A stretch of 64,000 bases of DNA from Thainema sp. (lineage in GTDB: Bacteria; Cyanobacteriota; Cyanobacteriia; Phormidesmidales; Phormidesmidaceae): the NCBI GenBank assembly GCA_052168235.1, contig JBQLZK010000003.1, positions 128,001-192,000 of the forward strand, read 5' to 3'. Below, one piece after another: positions 18,940 through 29,859 of this stretch. Position numbers and translations under genes: made by a program. The notes beneath the pieces are model-generated. The model saw only the letters and a program-made list of their open reading frames with translations. It made no database searches and was not told the origin of the DNA. Within the stretch, counting starts at the first letter, position 1. Every line of letters starts with the position of its first letter.

Positions 18940-21921
18940 TCACCCCGCAGCAGCAAAACTCAGTGGAAGCTGCACAATAAAATGCGTTTGGTTGTCTTGG
19001 CTTTCGACGCGAATTGTGCCCTGTAGAGCCTCAACGAGCTGTTTCACCAGCGCGAGGCCCAAGCCCGTACCGCCATGCTTCCAGGGGTCATTGTTCGGGA
19101 TGCGATAGAACCGATCAAAAATGCGATCGCAGTCTGCGGGAGAAATTTCTGTTCCAGAGTTGCTGATTCGAAGCGTGATACCAGCAGCAGTGGCCGCACA
19201 GCCAACAGTGATTGTGCCGTGGGCTGGGGTGTATTTACAAGCGTTGTTGAGCAATTCCAGTACGATACGTTCTAGATAATCCAAATCAGTAACAATCGTG
19301 GGCAGGTGATTGGGCAGCTCAAACGCTAACCGTTGCTGATGCTGTTGCGATCGCTCGATAAACGGTTCACCGAGCTGCAAAATCACGGATCGAAGCTGGA
19401 TCGGCGTCAACTGAAGAGACTCTGTCCCCGCCTCTAAGCGCGTCAAATCCAGCAAATTATTGATTAGAGTGGTTTCACGCTGGCACTCTTCCTGCAAAAT
19501 GTCGAGATAGCGCTGAATCATTGGCATTTTAGGGTTTTGTGAGTTCTGCAACCCCTCCAGCGAGGCCAAACTGACGTTTAGCATGTGCGTCGCCATTTTG
19601 ATACTGGCCATCGGCGTGCGCAACTCATGCGACACCGTGCTGAGGAAGTCGTCCTTAAGCTGATGCAGCCGTTCCAGCTCACGCACCTGTGACTGAGCCG
19701 TTTGATAAAGACGGGCCTGCCGGAGCGCGATCGCACATTGGTTAGCAAACTGTTCCGCCAGCCAAATTTCGCGGTCTGAAAAGTAACTTTTGGCCGTCCG
19801 AAAAATCCACAGCGTCCCCAAAATCCGAGTTTCACCGATCAGGGGACAGGTCAAAATGGTAAACGGCTGCTTCAAAATTCGAGCTGGCGCAGGTGGAATT
19901 GGGAGCGAGCAAAATTGGACACTTTGCCCCCGGAGCGTCTGCTGATGGACGCTGGTTAAGGAATCAACCGGAAAAACACAGCCTTGAACCGATGGCAGAT
20001 TGTCTTTTACCCAATCGTGATGAATCGTAACAGTTGCCTGTTCCAGATCGTAGAGGCCCAAATCGCAGGCTTCAGCGGCCAGGGCTTGTCCCAGTTCTGC
20101 CACGGCGGTGCGTAGAATTTGCTGCTCATCCAAACTGTCGCGCACCCGGTCACTCAGCCGTTTGAGCGTTTCTCCATACATCAGCGCCTGACGGATTTGA
20201 GCAGTTCGTTCCCGGACTTGAATTTCGAGATTGATATTGAGTTGTTGCATGCGCTGATGGAGTTCGGCCTGCTGAATTGCGATCGCAAGCTGATCGGCAA
20301 TTTGCTGCAACAGGCTGGCTTCATCCGGTTGCCACACTCGGCATTCCGCGCAGGCATGAACAATCAGCAATCCCCAAACTCGGCGGGATGGATGGGACGA
20401 TGCATCAGGCAATACCTGCACAATGGGCGCAACGACTTTCGACTGCACCCCCACCGATTGCATAAACTCAACCAAACAACTGCCCCAGTCATCTGTGGCA
20501 ATATCCGGCACGATGCGAGGTTTGCCACTGCGATAGTGCTCGTAACAGGCGGGCGGAAAATGCTCATCCAGCCAGCGCATATCGTTTGTCATTGGATAAT
20601 CGGGCAGCACCGATTCTTGAATCACTTGCCCTGAACCATCCGACAGCAGCCGAAATATCAGAACCCGATCGGCCTGTAAAACCTGCCGAATTTCGCTAAC
20701 CGCCACTGCTAACATGCCGTCTAAATCCAGTGACTTGCGGATTTGTTTGGTAATTTGATGCAGCAGATGTTCTCGTTCAAATTGGGTTCGCAGAATGGCC
20801 TCTGCCTGTTTGCGATCGCTAATATCCTGAACTGTTCCTAAAAGCTGCGTCACCTGTCCTTGCTCATCTCGCAAAAACGCGCTTTCTCGGCTTTGCAGCC
20901 AAACCCAGTGACCGTCAGCATGGCGAAAGCGATACTCGATTTCTACTACGTCATGATTGACCAAAGTTTGGCAGCGCTGGAGGTGCTGCATCACTCGCTC
21001 TCGGTCATCAGGATGACAGAGGTAGGACAACACTTGACTGCCCATCGCGTGAATGGCGTCCTTCGTATACCCCAGCAGTTCCAGCATATTGGCAGTGCTA
21101 TAGACATTCCGCTGCTGTTCGAGGTCATAGACATAAATCGTGCTGGGGCTAGTTTCCAGAATGCTGTTGATAAACCGCTGATTTCGATAGTGAGCGGAAT
21201 GAAGGTCAGCCTGTTCTGTCGCGTAATCGGCAGCGCAATCAACCTGGGGCTGCTTCTTTTCCCTTGCAGATTCCTCTTTAGATTCCGATAGAGAGACTCC
21301 CTGCTGCTCAAGGGTTTGCATTTGCTGCCGCAGTGTCGCACACTGCACGGCCAAGCCGAGCTGCATTGCAACCTGCTGCAAAAAGGTTTGATCCAAGCTG
21401 CTCCACTGCCGTGGAGCTTGGCACTGATGAGCAATCAGGAGCCCCCAAAGGTGACGATCAACCAGCACAGGCACGACCAAATTAGCCTGCACCTGAAATC
21501 GGGTTAGTAACTCAGCATGGCACGGCTGAATATGACTCTCATGAACATTGTCAATCGCACTAATTCGCCCCTGCTCGTAAGCAGACACCCAGTCACGATG
21601 AAAGCAAGGATCGTCAATAAATTGGCCCAGAATAGCGATCCACTGTGGATCAACGGCTTCAGCCGCAACCACACCATCCTGATTCGGCAACAAACGATAA
21701 ATCAATGTGCGATCGCACTGCAAAGCTTTTTTGATTAATTGAACAATCTCGGCCAGCTGATGATGGATATCGCTTGGGGTCTGCAAGCAACGCGATATCT
21801 CGCCTATCACCTGAAAAAGCCGATAAGAATCTCGATCTAATGCTGGGGGTCGATCAACGTCCATCGAAACTTGCCAGTGTTTGCCGATAGTTGAGTGATT
21901 GGGGCATCCTAGAGTGTCCAC
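18940..21921 (-). CDS. Cyanobacteriochrome sensor histidine kinase (GAF-PAS-GAF-GAF-HisKA-HATPase)
   Basis: GAF1 DPCF + PCH; PAS HPDD..EYRFRHADG; GAF2 WLDEHF..WGSCL; SHELRTP, ELLNNACKY, GGTGLGL. Confidence 0.92.
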   Translation of the reverse strand: MDTLGCPNHSTIGKHWQVSMDVDRPPALDRDSYRLFQVIGEISRCLQTPSDIHHQLAEIVQLIKKALQCDRTLIYRLLPNQDGVVAAEAVDPQWIAILGQFIDDPCFHRDWVSAYEQGRISAIDNVHESHIQPCHAELLTRFQVQANLVVPVLVDRHLWGLLIAHQCQAPRQWSSLDQTFLQQVAMQLGLAVQCATLRQQMQTLEQQGVSLSESKEESAREKKQPQVDCAADYATEQADLHSAHYRNQRFINSILETSPSTIYVYDLEQQRNVYSTANMLELLGYTKDAIHAMGSQVLSYLCHPDDRERVMQHLQRCQTLVNHDVVEIEYRFRHADGHWVWLQSRESAFLRDEQGQVTQLLGTVQDISDRKQAEAILRTQFEREHLLHQITKQIRKSLDLDGMLAVAVSEIRQVLQADRVLIFRLLSDGSGQVIQESVLPDYPMTNDMRWLDEHFPPACYEHYRSGKPRIVPDIATDDWGSCLVEFMQSVGVQSKVVAPIVQVLPDASSHPSRRVWGLLIVHACAECRVWQPDEASLLQQIADQLAIAIQQAELHQRMQQLNINLEIQVRERTAQIRQALMYGETLKRLSDRVRDSLDEQQILRTAVAELGQALAAEACDLGLYDLEQATVTIHHDWVKDNLPSVQGCVFPVDSLTSVHQQTLRGQSVQFCSLPIPPAPARILKQPFTILTCPLIGETRILGTLWIFRTAKSYFSDREIWLAEQFANQCAIALRQARLYQTAQSQVRELERLHQLKDDFLSTVSHELRTPMASIKMATHMLNVSLASLEGLQNSQNPKMPMIQRYLDILQEECQRETTLINNLLDLTRLEAGTESLQLTPIQLRSVILQLGEPFIERSQQHQQRLAFELPNHLPTIVTDLDYLERIVLELLNNACKYTPAHGTITVGCAATAAGITLRISNSGTEISPADCDRIFDRFYRIPNNDPWKHGGTGLGLALVKQLVEALQGTIRVESQDNQTHFIVQLPLSFAAAG

Positions 21922-21940
21922 ATCTGGGATGTTTTCTCCT

Positions 21941-22192
21941 ATGCTACGTCGATTTATTGGGTTTGTTATGGGGATTGCGATCGCAATGACCGCTCTAACC
22001 CTGTATTCTCCGCTAGGCTTGGCTCAGACCAGTCACCAAACCAACTGCGACCCGTCCTATCCCGACGTGTGTATTGCACCACCGCCACCCGATCTGGACT
22101 GCGGCGAGATTGAGTATCGTAACTTTAGAGTAACGGGTGCTGATCCACATCGCTTCGACGGTGACCACGACGGTATTGGCTGCGAGTCATAG
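21941..22192 (+). CDS. Secreted excalibur-like Ca-binding domain protein
   Basis: Signal peptide; CDPSYPDVCIAPPPPDLDC...DPHRFDGDHDGIGCES. Confidence 0.82.
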   Translation: MLRRFIGFVMGIAIAMTALTLYSPLGLAQTSHQTNCDPSYPDVCIAPPPPDLDCGEIEYRNFRVTGADPHRFDGDHDGIGCES

Positions 22193-22399
22193 TCTAACCG
22201 AGTCATAGTTTAACTAAATTCTGAAAGCATGACTGTATCGCCGCAGTGTGGCGGCATCATCACCGCTGCGGGTTTTCGACTAGCACGACTAGCACGGTGC
22301 AGGCTGCAAGTACACCATACGAGGTTCTATCAGTCTAGCCAGTTGATCCGCTAAACTAGGAAAGAACAAATTGCTGAACTTTTCTCCAGTAGGTTTTCT

Positions 22400-22630
22400 A
22401 TGCTAAAGAAGCGCTCTCCGTTCGATTCTGCTCAGCTCATGCGTCGTTCAGAAGACCTAATCGAGGCAGCTTCTAACCGCTATCGGATTACAGTGCAGGT
22501 TGCTAACCGGGCACAGCGCCGTCGTTTTGAAGACTTCGAAAACCTCGACGACCCCAAAATGAAGCCCGTGATTCGCGCCATCATTGAAATGTCAGATGAA
22601 CTAACTCAGCCTGAGATTATTGGCGAGTAA
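22400..22630 (+). CDS. rpoZ: RNA polymerase subunit omega
   Basis: [33 protein letters not shown]. Confidence 0.92.
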   Translation: MLKKRSPFDSAQLMRRSEDLIEAASNRYRITVQVANRAQRRRFEDFENLDDPKMKPVIRAIIEMSDELTQPEIIGE

Positions 22631-22778
22631 GGTCATTTGTTCCCAATGTGATTATTTTTAATCAGTTTTAATTCCATCAGGGTTCGCGTGGAAGAGGGTG
22701 AATGTGCCACTCATTCTGCGCGAACCTTTTGGCGTTAAACCACGTCTTGTTCTGATAACTGCCATTTAGCTAAAGCCA

Positions 22779-23486
22779 ATGAAGCGATTTCATGTTGTCC
22801 TGAGCGTTCTGAGCTGTCTGGTTGTCATAGCTGGGTTTACGCTGTTGAATCCAATCGGTTTGCTGTCCAATTCCTCCAGTTCAACTCAGGCGAGACAGTG
22901 GTGGCATGGACAATCTGCGATCGCACAATTGCCCACTGAACGCGAACTCCGCCGCCTCATACCGGAGCAGATTGCGGCCTATGTGTACCAGCAATTTCCC
23001 GATTTACCGCTGGAAAATCAGTACATCGACGACAGTGATAACGAAGTGGATGAGGACGGCACCTTAGTCAGCCGCATGATTGACTACCATACCCGGATTG
23101 TGCGTCGTCCCACCCAATATCGCCTGGATTGGAAGCTAACGATAGCCGACTATCTGGATGAAAATGAAATTATTATCATCAGCCAGTATCCCGGATCATC
23201 CCGCTACGAAACGAATCCAGTGCGAGGCGACAAAGCTGCGATCGCACGTCTTTCGCCAGAACAGCGCAATGCGCTAGTCAACACGCTAGTGGCGATTTAC
23301 AATCCTGCATTTGCCGAGATCGCCGGATGGCGGACGTATCCAGAGGCATTCAGCTCACCCCAAATGACGCCGGAAGCACAGGCTGAACCTGCGACCGAAT
23401 CCTCAACGCCGACAGACAGTTCAATGCCCAATTCATCGTCTGGATCCCCAATCCCAGCACGGGGTTCAGCCGATCTGCTGCGCTAG
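22779..23486 (+). CDS. Conserved hypothetical exported protein
   Basis: N-terminal hydrophobic segment; VYQQFPDLPLENQY, YRLDWKLTIADYL. Confidence 0.8.
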   Translation: MKRFHVVLSVLSCLVVIAGFTLLNPIGLLSNSSSSTQARQWWHGQSAIAQLPTERELRRLIPEQIAAYVYQQFPDLPLENQYIDDSDNEVDEDGTLVSRMIDYHTRIVRRPTQYRLDWKLTIADYLDENEIIIISQYPGSSRYETNPVRGDKAAIARLSPEQRNALVNTLVAIYNPAFAEIAGWRTYPEAFSSPQMTPEAQAEPATESSTPTDSSMPNSSSGSPIPARGSADLLR

Positions 23487-23957
23487 AGGGGCATTTATTA
23501 GCCATTCCGTCTCCCGTTCCCCCACGGGAATCAACTCGACCTGGCGACCCGTTTCGTCCCGCAATAGGCGAATCTGGAGATAGTGATCGGGCCTGTAGAC
23601 CAATCTCTCTGCCCACTCGATCGCTACGATGCCTAGTTCGACTTCCAGCTCATCCCAGTACATATCGAGATAGAGCGTTTCGGTTTCAGCAGGTTCCAGC
23701 CGATATAAATCGGCGTGATAGAGCGGTATTCGCCCTTCCAGATATTCATTAATGAGCGTGAACGTCGGACTTGCGATCGCATCCGTCACACCCAAACCTT
23801 CACCAATCCCCTGCACCAGCGTTGTCTTGCCGCTACCGAGATTTCCTTCTAGTAGCAAGACAATTCCGGCTGGCAGCGTTTGGCCTAGAACAACCCCTAG
23901 TTGGCGCGTATGCTCTGCATCCGGCAGAAACAACGAAAGAACACTCTCCATGCCCAT
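23466..23957 (-). CDS. tsaE: tRNA t6A biosynthesis ATPase TsaE
   Basis: LEGNLGSGKTT, SPTFTLINEY, HADLYRL, IEWAE. Confidence 0.95.
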   Translation of the reverse strand: MGMESVLSLFLPDAEHTRQLGVVLGQTLPAGIVLLLEGNLGSGKTTLVQGIGEGLGVTDAIASPTFTLINEYLEGRIPLYHADLYRLEPAETETLYLDMYWDELEVELGIVAIEWAERLVYRPDHYLQIRLLRDETGRQVELIPVGERETEWLINAPLAQQIG

Positions 23958-23962
23958 TGCCG

Positions 23963-26182
23963 CTAAAACGGTTCTTGCTTCATTTCAGAAACACCTGCTG
24001 ATGGATTGCTCGTGCCAGCAGGTTGCTGAACTTCATTCTGGATCGTTTGATTTTGGATAGTTGGATTGGCGGGTGCGCTATACGGCACATTCGGCTGCAT
24101 TCCAGGTTGAACTGGAGGCATACCTGTGGAGTTCGAGGGTGAAAATGCAGGTTGATTGCCAGTTGGTCGTCCCGTCTGAGGATAGGCATTCGGTGGCGAA
24201 ACCCCATTTTCAAATGCTCCCGGCATCCCTTGCCCTGGACTGATTCCATTCATTGGTGCGTCCATCGGTGGGAAATATTCAACGGGCACACCCTGAAGCG
24301 CTTCCATCATATATCGCCGCCAGATCGGTGCAGCCACATCACCCGCTGCGGCTCCAGCCCCAATTGGATAGTTGTCGTCATTGCCAACCCAAATCGCCGT
24401 TGTCAGCTGGGGCACATAGCCCACAAACCACACATCGCGGGCATCGTCCGTCGTGCCGGTTTTGCCTGCCGCAGGCCGATCCGGCAGCCGCGCCTCCACA
24501 CCGCTCCCCTCTTCTAATACCCCTTGCAGAATACTGGTTAACTCGATTGTCGCCCTCGGATCAAGAACGAGCCGTGGTTCAGGAATGTTATCGAGAAGTA
24601 CCTGTCCTTGGCTGTCTGTAACCTGAGCAATGAAGGTTGGTTCAGCATACCAACCCTGACTGGCAAACGCCGAAAACGCATTCGCCATCTCAAGCGGCGT
24701 CACTTCCACAGCACCCAATGCCAAGGGCAAGACTGGTTCCATATCTCCTTTCAAGCCTAGCGATCGCGCCGTTTGAATCACTTGTTCAATACCGAGATCG
24801 TGCATCAGACGAATGGCCGGAATATTACGAGAGTGAATCAACGCTGTCCGTAGCGTAATTGGCCCCCAAAACTCACCTTCGTAGTTGCGTGGCGTATAGG
24901 TGCCGCCCCCATCGGGGTAGGTGACTTCCGTGTCATCAATCGTTGAGTAGGGAGTATACTGACCCGTTGCTAAGGCTGCGTAGTAAACAAACGGCTTGAA
25001 GGATGATCCAGGCTGTCGGCGAGCCTGAAGCGCCCGATTAAACTGACTTTGCTGATAGTTTACGCCGCCTACCACGGCTTTGACGAAATGAGTACGCGGG
25101 TCAATCGAAATTAGCGCCATTTGATCCGCATAATATCCCCGCTGGTACAAATCAAAAGCGCTGGCTTGCACCACTCCTTCGGCAGTAGTCTGTAGGTAAT
25201 CATCCACTGTCGCCTGAACGCGCATTCCACCTTTCAGCAACGGGCCTTCACCAAAATGTCGGATCAGTTCTTGAGTGACCGCATCGGTGACATAAGGGGA
25301 TTTGCTGCGCGAGAAAGAAGTAACTTCACCAAACTGAAGTTTTTCGGCTAAAGCAGCCCGTTCTTCCGTCTCTGTAATCCAACCCAGTTCCCGCATGCGT
25401 CGCAGGGCGAGCCGTTGCCCCGTCTTAGCCAATTCCATTGAGACAAACGGGCTATATTCTTCGGGAGCCTGAATCAAACCGGCCATCAGCGCCGATTCAG
25501 CCAGAGTTAAATCCGCCGCCGATTTCTTGAAGTAGCTTTGAGCTGCTGTTTCAACGCCGTAGGTGTTATGCCCCCAGTACACCTGGTTGAGATACAGCTC
25601 TAGGATTTTGTCTTTGCCATACACCTGTTCCATACGAACCGCTAGGACGGCTTCTGCAATTTTCCGGCTTAACGTCTGACGCGGTGTGAGAAACAGGTTT
25701 TTAGCAAGCTGCATCGTCAGGGTCGAGGCCCCTTCCACGGTCTCTTGATTCTGCACGTTCCGCAAAAACGCGCGGGCAATTCCGTTCGGGCTAACTCCCT
25801 CATGCTGATAGAAACGGTCATCTTCCATTGCCAGGACAGCCCGCTTGAGATGGGGAGAGATTTCATCTAGCGTAACAACTTCACGGTTGGCTTCATCGTG
25901 CAGACTGCTGAGCAGTTTGCCGTTGATGTCGTAAATATAAGTCGTCTCGACTGGGCTGTAGTGGGCCAGCAGTCGGACATCTGGTAGCCGTCGCAGAGTG
26001 ATGTCGAGTCCAATGAAGCCGCCTGCGATCGCAGCGGTTGACACCATGCCAACTGCAATCACCGTCGAGCCGGCAACTTGGCTGACTTCCCGCATATAGC
26101 TAGCCACATCAGCCCAGCGAATATCTGGACGTTGATGCAACCGAATCGATCGAAAACGGGATTTAACAGCGTCAAATGACAC
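23963..26182 (-). CDS. Class A penicillin-binding protein (PBP1A family)
   Basis: EDDRFYQH, GASTLTMQLAKN, RQPGSSFK, SRN, GKTGT. Confidence 0.95.
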   Translation of the reverse strand: MSFDAVKSRFRSIRLHQRPDIRWADVASYMREVSQVAGSTVIAVGMVSTAAIAGGFIGLDITLRRLPDVRLLAHYSPVETTYIYDINGKLLSSLHDEANREVVTLDEISPHLKRAVLAMEDDRFYQHEGVSPNGIARAFLRNVQNQETVEGASTLTMQLAKNLFLTPRQTLSRKIAEAVLAVRMEQVYGKDKILELYLNQVYWGHNTYGVETAAQSYFKKSAADLTLAESALMAGLIQAPEEYSPFVSMELAKTGQRLALRRMRELGWITETEERAALAEKLQFGEVTSFSRSKSPYVTDAVTQELIRHFGEGPLLKGGMRVQATVDDYLQTTAEGVVQASAFDLYQRGYYADQMALISIDPRTHFVKAVVGGVNYQQSQFNRALQARRQPGSSFKPFVYYAALATGQYTPYSTIDDTEVTYPDGGGTYTPRNYEGEFWGPITLRTALIHSRNIPAIRLMHDLGIEQVIQTARSLGLKGDMEPVLPLALGAVEVTPLEMANAFSAFASQGWYAEPTFIAQVTDSQGQVLLDNIPEPRLVLDPRATIELTSILQGVLEEGSGVEARLPDRPAAGKTGTTDDARDVWFVGYVPQLTTAIWVGNDDNYPIGAGAAAGDVAAPIWRRYMMEALQGVPVEYFPPMDAPMNGISPGQGMPGAFENGVSPPNAYPQTGRPTGNQPAFSPSNSTGMPPVQPGMQPNVPYSAPANPTIQNQTIQNEVQQPAGTSNPSAGVSEMKQEPF

Positions 26183-26531
26183 AGTGACAACTCCCCAATG
26201 GCGAATAAAATCAAGGCGTTTAGTTCAAGGCGTCTATATTCAAGCGAATAAATCGCATAAAGACAATACATTGGTCGATTTTTTTAGATCTAGGAGGAGC
26301 GTTGTGTATTGCATCACGGCGACACAACGCTCCTTCTGGACTTGGAATTTGGGTTTTAATCATGCCAATCTATGTACTCGGCTCACCATGATAGAAGATT
26401 CCGTTGGTAAAAGCCCATTAATTTTCGCGCTCACCCTAAATGGGTGATCTCTGGGCGTCCTCTACGAAATGGATTCTTATTTCCTTGAAATGAATCGTGT
26501 AAGCACATTCAAACAAAGGCCCCCCCCCTTT

Positions 26532-26996
26532 ATGCGACTCATCATTATCAACGACACGGCCCTTAAGCAAAGCACTCAGCAGTCTTCCCAACTGCCCCCA
26601 GAAGCATTTGTCAAGGTTGCAGATGGAACTGAGTTTCAGATCAATGGCTATACCAGTGAATCGGGACACTACAAAGTGTTTTTGACCGATCCGTTTGAAG
26701 GCAAGCGCACCTGGTATGTCTACGCACTACACGCTGAAATCGCCTACGGCGTTGATGAAAAATTCTACATGCGTGTCGCTCAAGACACTTATCTGAAGCA
26801 AGAGACCAAGCAAGCAGATGAGCTATCAGATGCCAACAAATATAAAGTCACGGCACCTGATTCATTCAACCTGATGCAGTACTTCCCCGATCCAGCCGCT
26901 GCTCAGCATTTGAAGGTGAAGCTTGAGCAGCCGATCAATGGCATTATTACCTGGTACGCGTTTGGGCCTCACGTTGAGATCTTTACCCGTCCGTAG
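26532..26996 (+). CDS. Hypothetical protein of two tandem SH3b-like/cell-wall-binding-like domains, paralog 1
   Basis: Two repeats of DT.LKQ...Q...L...H.KV.L..P..G..TWY....H.EI. Confidence 0.8.
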   Translation: MRLIIINDTALKQSTQQSSQLPPEAFVKVADGTEFQINGYTSESGHYKVFLTDPFEGKRTWYVYALHAEIAYGVDEKFYMRVAQDTYLKQETKQADELSDANKYKVTAPDSFNLMQYFPDPAAAQHLKVKLEQPINGIITWYAFGPHVEIFTRP

Positions 26997-27230
26997 ACAG
27001 ACTGCATTTTTAAGGATACGCCTCGATTCGTGAAAGAGTGGTTAGCCGCTTGCTCACAGGAGGAATTTGCATAAACCCTAAAAGGAGTTTGGCTTAGGCC
27101 AAACTTCTTTTACGTGCGGCTACAACAGTCGTCACCCAGGCTGGGTGAACTTCGGGGATGGTCTGCGAAATGAGTTGACGTTGCCCTGAAATGAACAGTG
27201 TAAACACTACTCCACTCAAGGATACTCACC

Positions 27231-27689
27231 ATGAGACTTATCATTATCAACGACACCATCCTCAAGCCGAGCACACAGCAGTCCACTCAACTGTCTCCCA
27301 GTACTGTGGCAGAAGTAAAAGATGGCACCGAGTTTGAAATTAGCCGATTCACGAGTGAATCCGGACACTACAAAGTGTTTTTAACGACGCCCTTTAGAGG
27401 CCAACAAACCTGGTATGTCTACGCACTGCACGCTGAGATTGCCTACGGCATCAATGAGCGCTTCCAAATGCGGATTGCCCAAGATACCTATCTAAAACAA
27501 AATGCCGTTCAAGCTGCTGAGCTGTCCGATGCGAATAAGTACAAGGTCTTAGCTCCCTCTGCGTTTGACTTGGCTCAGTATTTCCCTGATCCAGCCGCAG
27601 CGCAGCATCTGAAAGTCAAGCTAGAGCAGCCCCTCAACGGTATTCTGACCTGGTATGTGTTTGCTCCCCACGTTGAAATTGTTGTCTAA
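27231..27689 (+). CDS. Hypothetical protein of two tandem SH3b-like/cell-wall-binding-like domains, paralog 2
   Basis: Colinear with and highly similar to 26532-26996; AAGGA RBS. Confidence 0.82.
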   Translation: MRLIIINDTILKPSTQQSTQLSPSTVAEVKDGTEFEISRFTSESGHYKVFLTTPFRGQQTWYVYALHAEIAYGINERFQMRIAQDTYLKQNAVQAAELSDANKYKVLAPSAFDLAQYFPDPAAAQHLKVKLEQPLNGILTWYVFAPHVEIVV

Positions 27690-27718
27690 CCCGATTGCAC
27701 TAGACGATTGAATAAAAA

Positions 27719-27757
27719 TAAAAGAGGGCATCGCATAAGCGCAATGCCCTCTTTTTA
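27719..27757. terminator. Bidirectional terminator
   Basis: taaaagagggcat..atgccctcttttta between convergent genes. Confidence 0.75.
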
Positions 27758-27807
27758 ATGGCTTTTTACTGAAGCTAGATTTTTCGCAATCAAAATCTCT
27801 AGATCAA

Positions 27808-28794
27808 CTAGAACGTCATTTCAGCAGCCTGGACTTTCTCGACCTGCTTCTTCTTCAGCACTAGCATAATCTGGGTCAGGGTTGCTGCGGCCAAAAAGGC
27901 AATCAAACCCTTGATGCGAGTAGAGCTTTGCAGCACGATTTCAACATCACGCTGACCAAAACCACCCACGTTCGGATCATCGTTTAGCGCTTGACCTGCC
28001 GTAACGGCATCACCTTCGGCCACAGTTAGCGCTAGACCAGCGGGCACCGTATCCACAACGGTGTCGCCTGCATCAGTTTGAATGGTGACTTCGTATCCAC
28101 CTGCTTCAACTGCCGAGATGTTGGAGATGGTACCTGCAGCGGATGCGTTGTAGACGGTGTTGTTGCTCTTTTCACCCGTCGGGTAAACTTGGCCCCGACC
28201 GCGGTTACCGCCGACGTGAATCTGGTACTTACCAAAGCTGATTCCCTTTTGGGTTGCTGGATCGGGAGACAGAACTGGGAAGACGATCTCTTGATACTGC
28301 TCACCGGGCAGTGGACCAACAATGATGATATTTTCTTGGTCTTCGCTGTAGGGCTGGAAGTAGAGGCGACCCACCTTTTCCTGCATTTCTTCGGGAATGC
28401 GATCGGCAGGTGCAATCTTGAAGCCTTCCGGCAGCATCACAACAGCACCGACGTTGAGGCCACCTTTGCTGCCATCACCCAAGACCTGCTGGGTATCGAG
28501 GTCATAAGGAATTTTGACTACGGCTTCAAACACAGAGTCAGGCAGTACCGCTTGAGGTACTTCAACCTGAGTCGGCATTTCACCGAGGTGGCAGTTCGCA
28601 CAAACGATTCGGCCCGTTGCTTCACGGGGGCTGTCATAGTTCTGCTGCGCCCAGAACGGATAAGCCGCAGCGGATTGAGGCGCGATCGCATCTCCAATGG
28701 TCAAGAACAGAACAGCAGCCAAAACTACCGCAATGCCCTTGGCGATGCTGCGAAAACTTGCGATCGCACTCGTCAGGACAAAATCACTTCTCAT
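27808..28794 (-). CDS. petA: Apocytochrome f
   Basis: [14 protein letters not shown] heme motif, [24 protein letters not shown]. Confidence 0.98.
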   Translation of the reverse strand: MRSDFVLTSAIASFRSIAKGIAVVLAAVLFLTIGDAIAPQSAAAYPFWAQQNYDSPREATGRIVCANCHLGEMPTQVEVPQAVLPDSVFEAVVKIPYDLDTQQVLGDGSKGGLNVGAVVMLPEGFKIAPADRIPEEMQEKVGRLYFQPYSEDQENIIIVGPLPGEQYQEIVFPVLSPDPATQKGISFGKYQIHVGGNRGRGQVYPTGEKSNNTVYNASAAGTISNISAVEAGGYEVTIQTDAGDTVVDTVPAGLALTVAEGDAVTAGQALNDDPNVGGFGQRDVEIVLQSSTRIKGLIAFLAAATLTQIMLVLKKKQVEKVQAAEMTF

Positions 28795-28892
28795 CAGTAA
28801 CACGCTTTTCAATAACTCAGGACTCGGGGTTCAAACGTCGAAATAACTTAGGCTGAAAACAAAAACCAAGGCTTAAAGCTTTGCAAGGTGGG

Positions 28893-29438
28893 CTATGACC
28901 ACCACGGATCATCGCCCGTACGGAAATCGGTCTCTGTCCAAGGTGTCAGTGCAATCGTGTCGTTCTCAGTGACAGTGGCATGAGCCAGCGCCAAGGAGAG
29001 AGGAGCGGGGCCGCGCACAACCTTACCTGTGTTGTCGTACTGAGAACCGTGGCAAGGACAGATAAACTTGTTTTCGTTGGCGTTCCAGGGCACAACACAG
29101 CCCAAGTGGGTGCAAACCGCGTTGATGCCATAATCCGCAATTCCACCCTCGTTGCTAACTACGATGTAGGTCGGATCGCCCTTGAGACCCTGAGCCAATG
29201 AGCGCTCACCGGGCTTACGCTTAGAGACAAACTCACTAGCGTTAATGTCCTTGCCCAATGCATCTTTAGCGAGGACACCACCACCTGCGGCACCACTGGA
29301 TGGCGGAATGAAATACTTAACCACGGGATAAAGCGCGCCGAGTGCTGTTCCTGTAGCTGCACCAAACGTCAACAAATTCATAAACTGACGGCGTCCCATG
29401 CTGGGCACATCCGCATTCCCGGAAGAAATTTGAGTCAT
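28893..29438 (-). CDS. petC: Cytochrome b6f Rieske iron-sulfur subunit
   Basis: RRQFMNLL Tat motif, [21 protein letters not shown]. Confidence 0.98.
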   Translation of the reverse strand: MTQISSGNADVPSMGRRQFMNLLTFGAATGTALGALYPVVKYFIPPSSGAAGGGVLAKDALGKDINASEFVSKRKPGERSLAQGLKGDPTYIVVSNEGGIADYGINAVCTHLGCVVPWNANENKFICPCHGSQYDNTGKVVRGPAPLSLALAHATVTENDTIALTPWTETDFRTGDDPWWS

Positions 29439-29816
29439 AACTTAAGCTGTATGTAGGCGTTCAAAATGGAGACTACGATAACTGCTGCGCTCAAATTCAG
29501 ACTGCAACGTTTGAACGAAGCGGAGCGCTTAGATTCATCAGCTAACTCACTAAACTTAATGAAAAATCCAGAACGAAAATTCAGATTAAATTCATTAAAC
29601 TTTGAGCTAACCCAATCCGTATAAAGGTATCTGCTAAAGCAGTTTACAGTTTTCTGAGACCATTGTTACACAACATAAACACGATTCAACCTCAAGGTCG
29701 TTAGGAAATGTAGATTGTGAACCAGCTTTTCGCTTTCCGTTAAGAAATGTATCAATTTGCGCTTCGTCTCTTGGTTCCAAAAACTAACAAGATGGTTGCG
29801 ATAGGCATATTGGTTA

Positions 29817-29859
29817 GGACGTTTTTGTGGCACGGCGAAGCTGTGCCACAAAAACGTCC
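29817..29859. repeat. Long intergenic hairpin with GAA triloop (miniature palindromic element)
   Basis: ggacgtttttgtggcacggc-gaa-gctgtgccacaaaaacgtcc. Confidence 0.7.

Noticed and set aside
28078..28800. 240-aa + strand ORF
   Set aside because: Antisense to petA.
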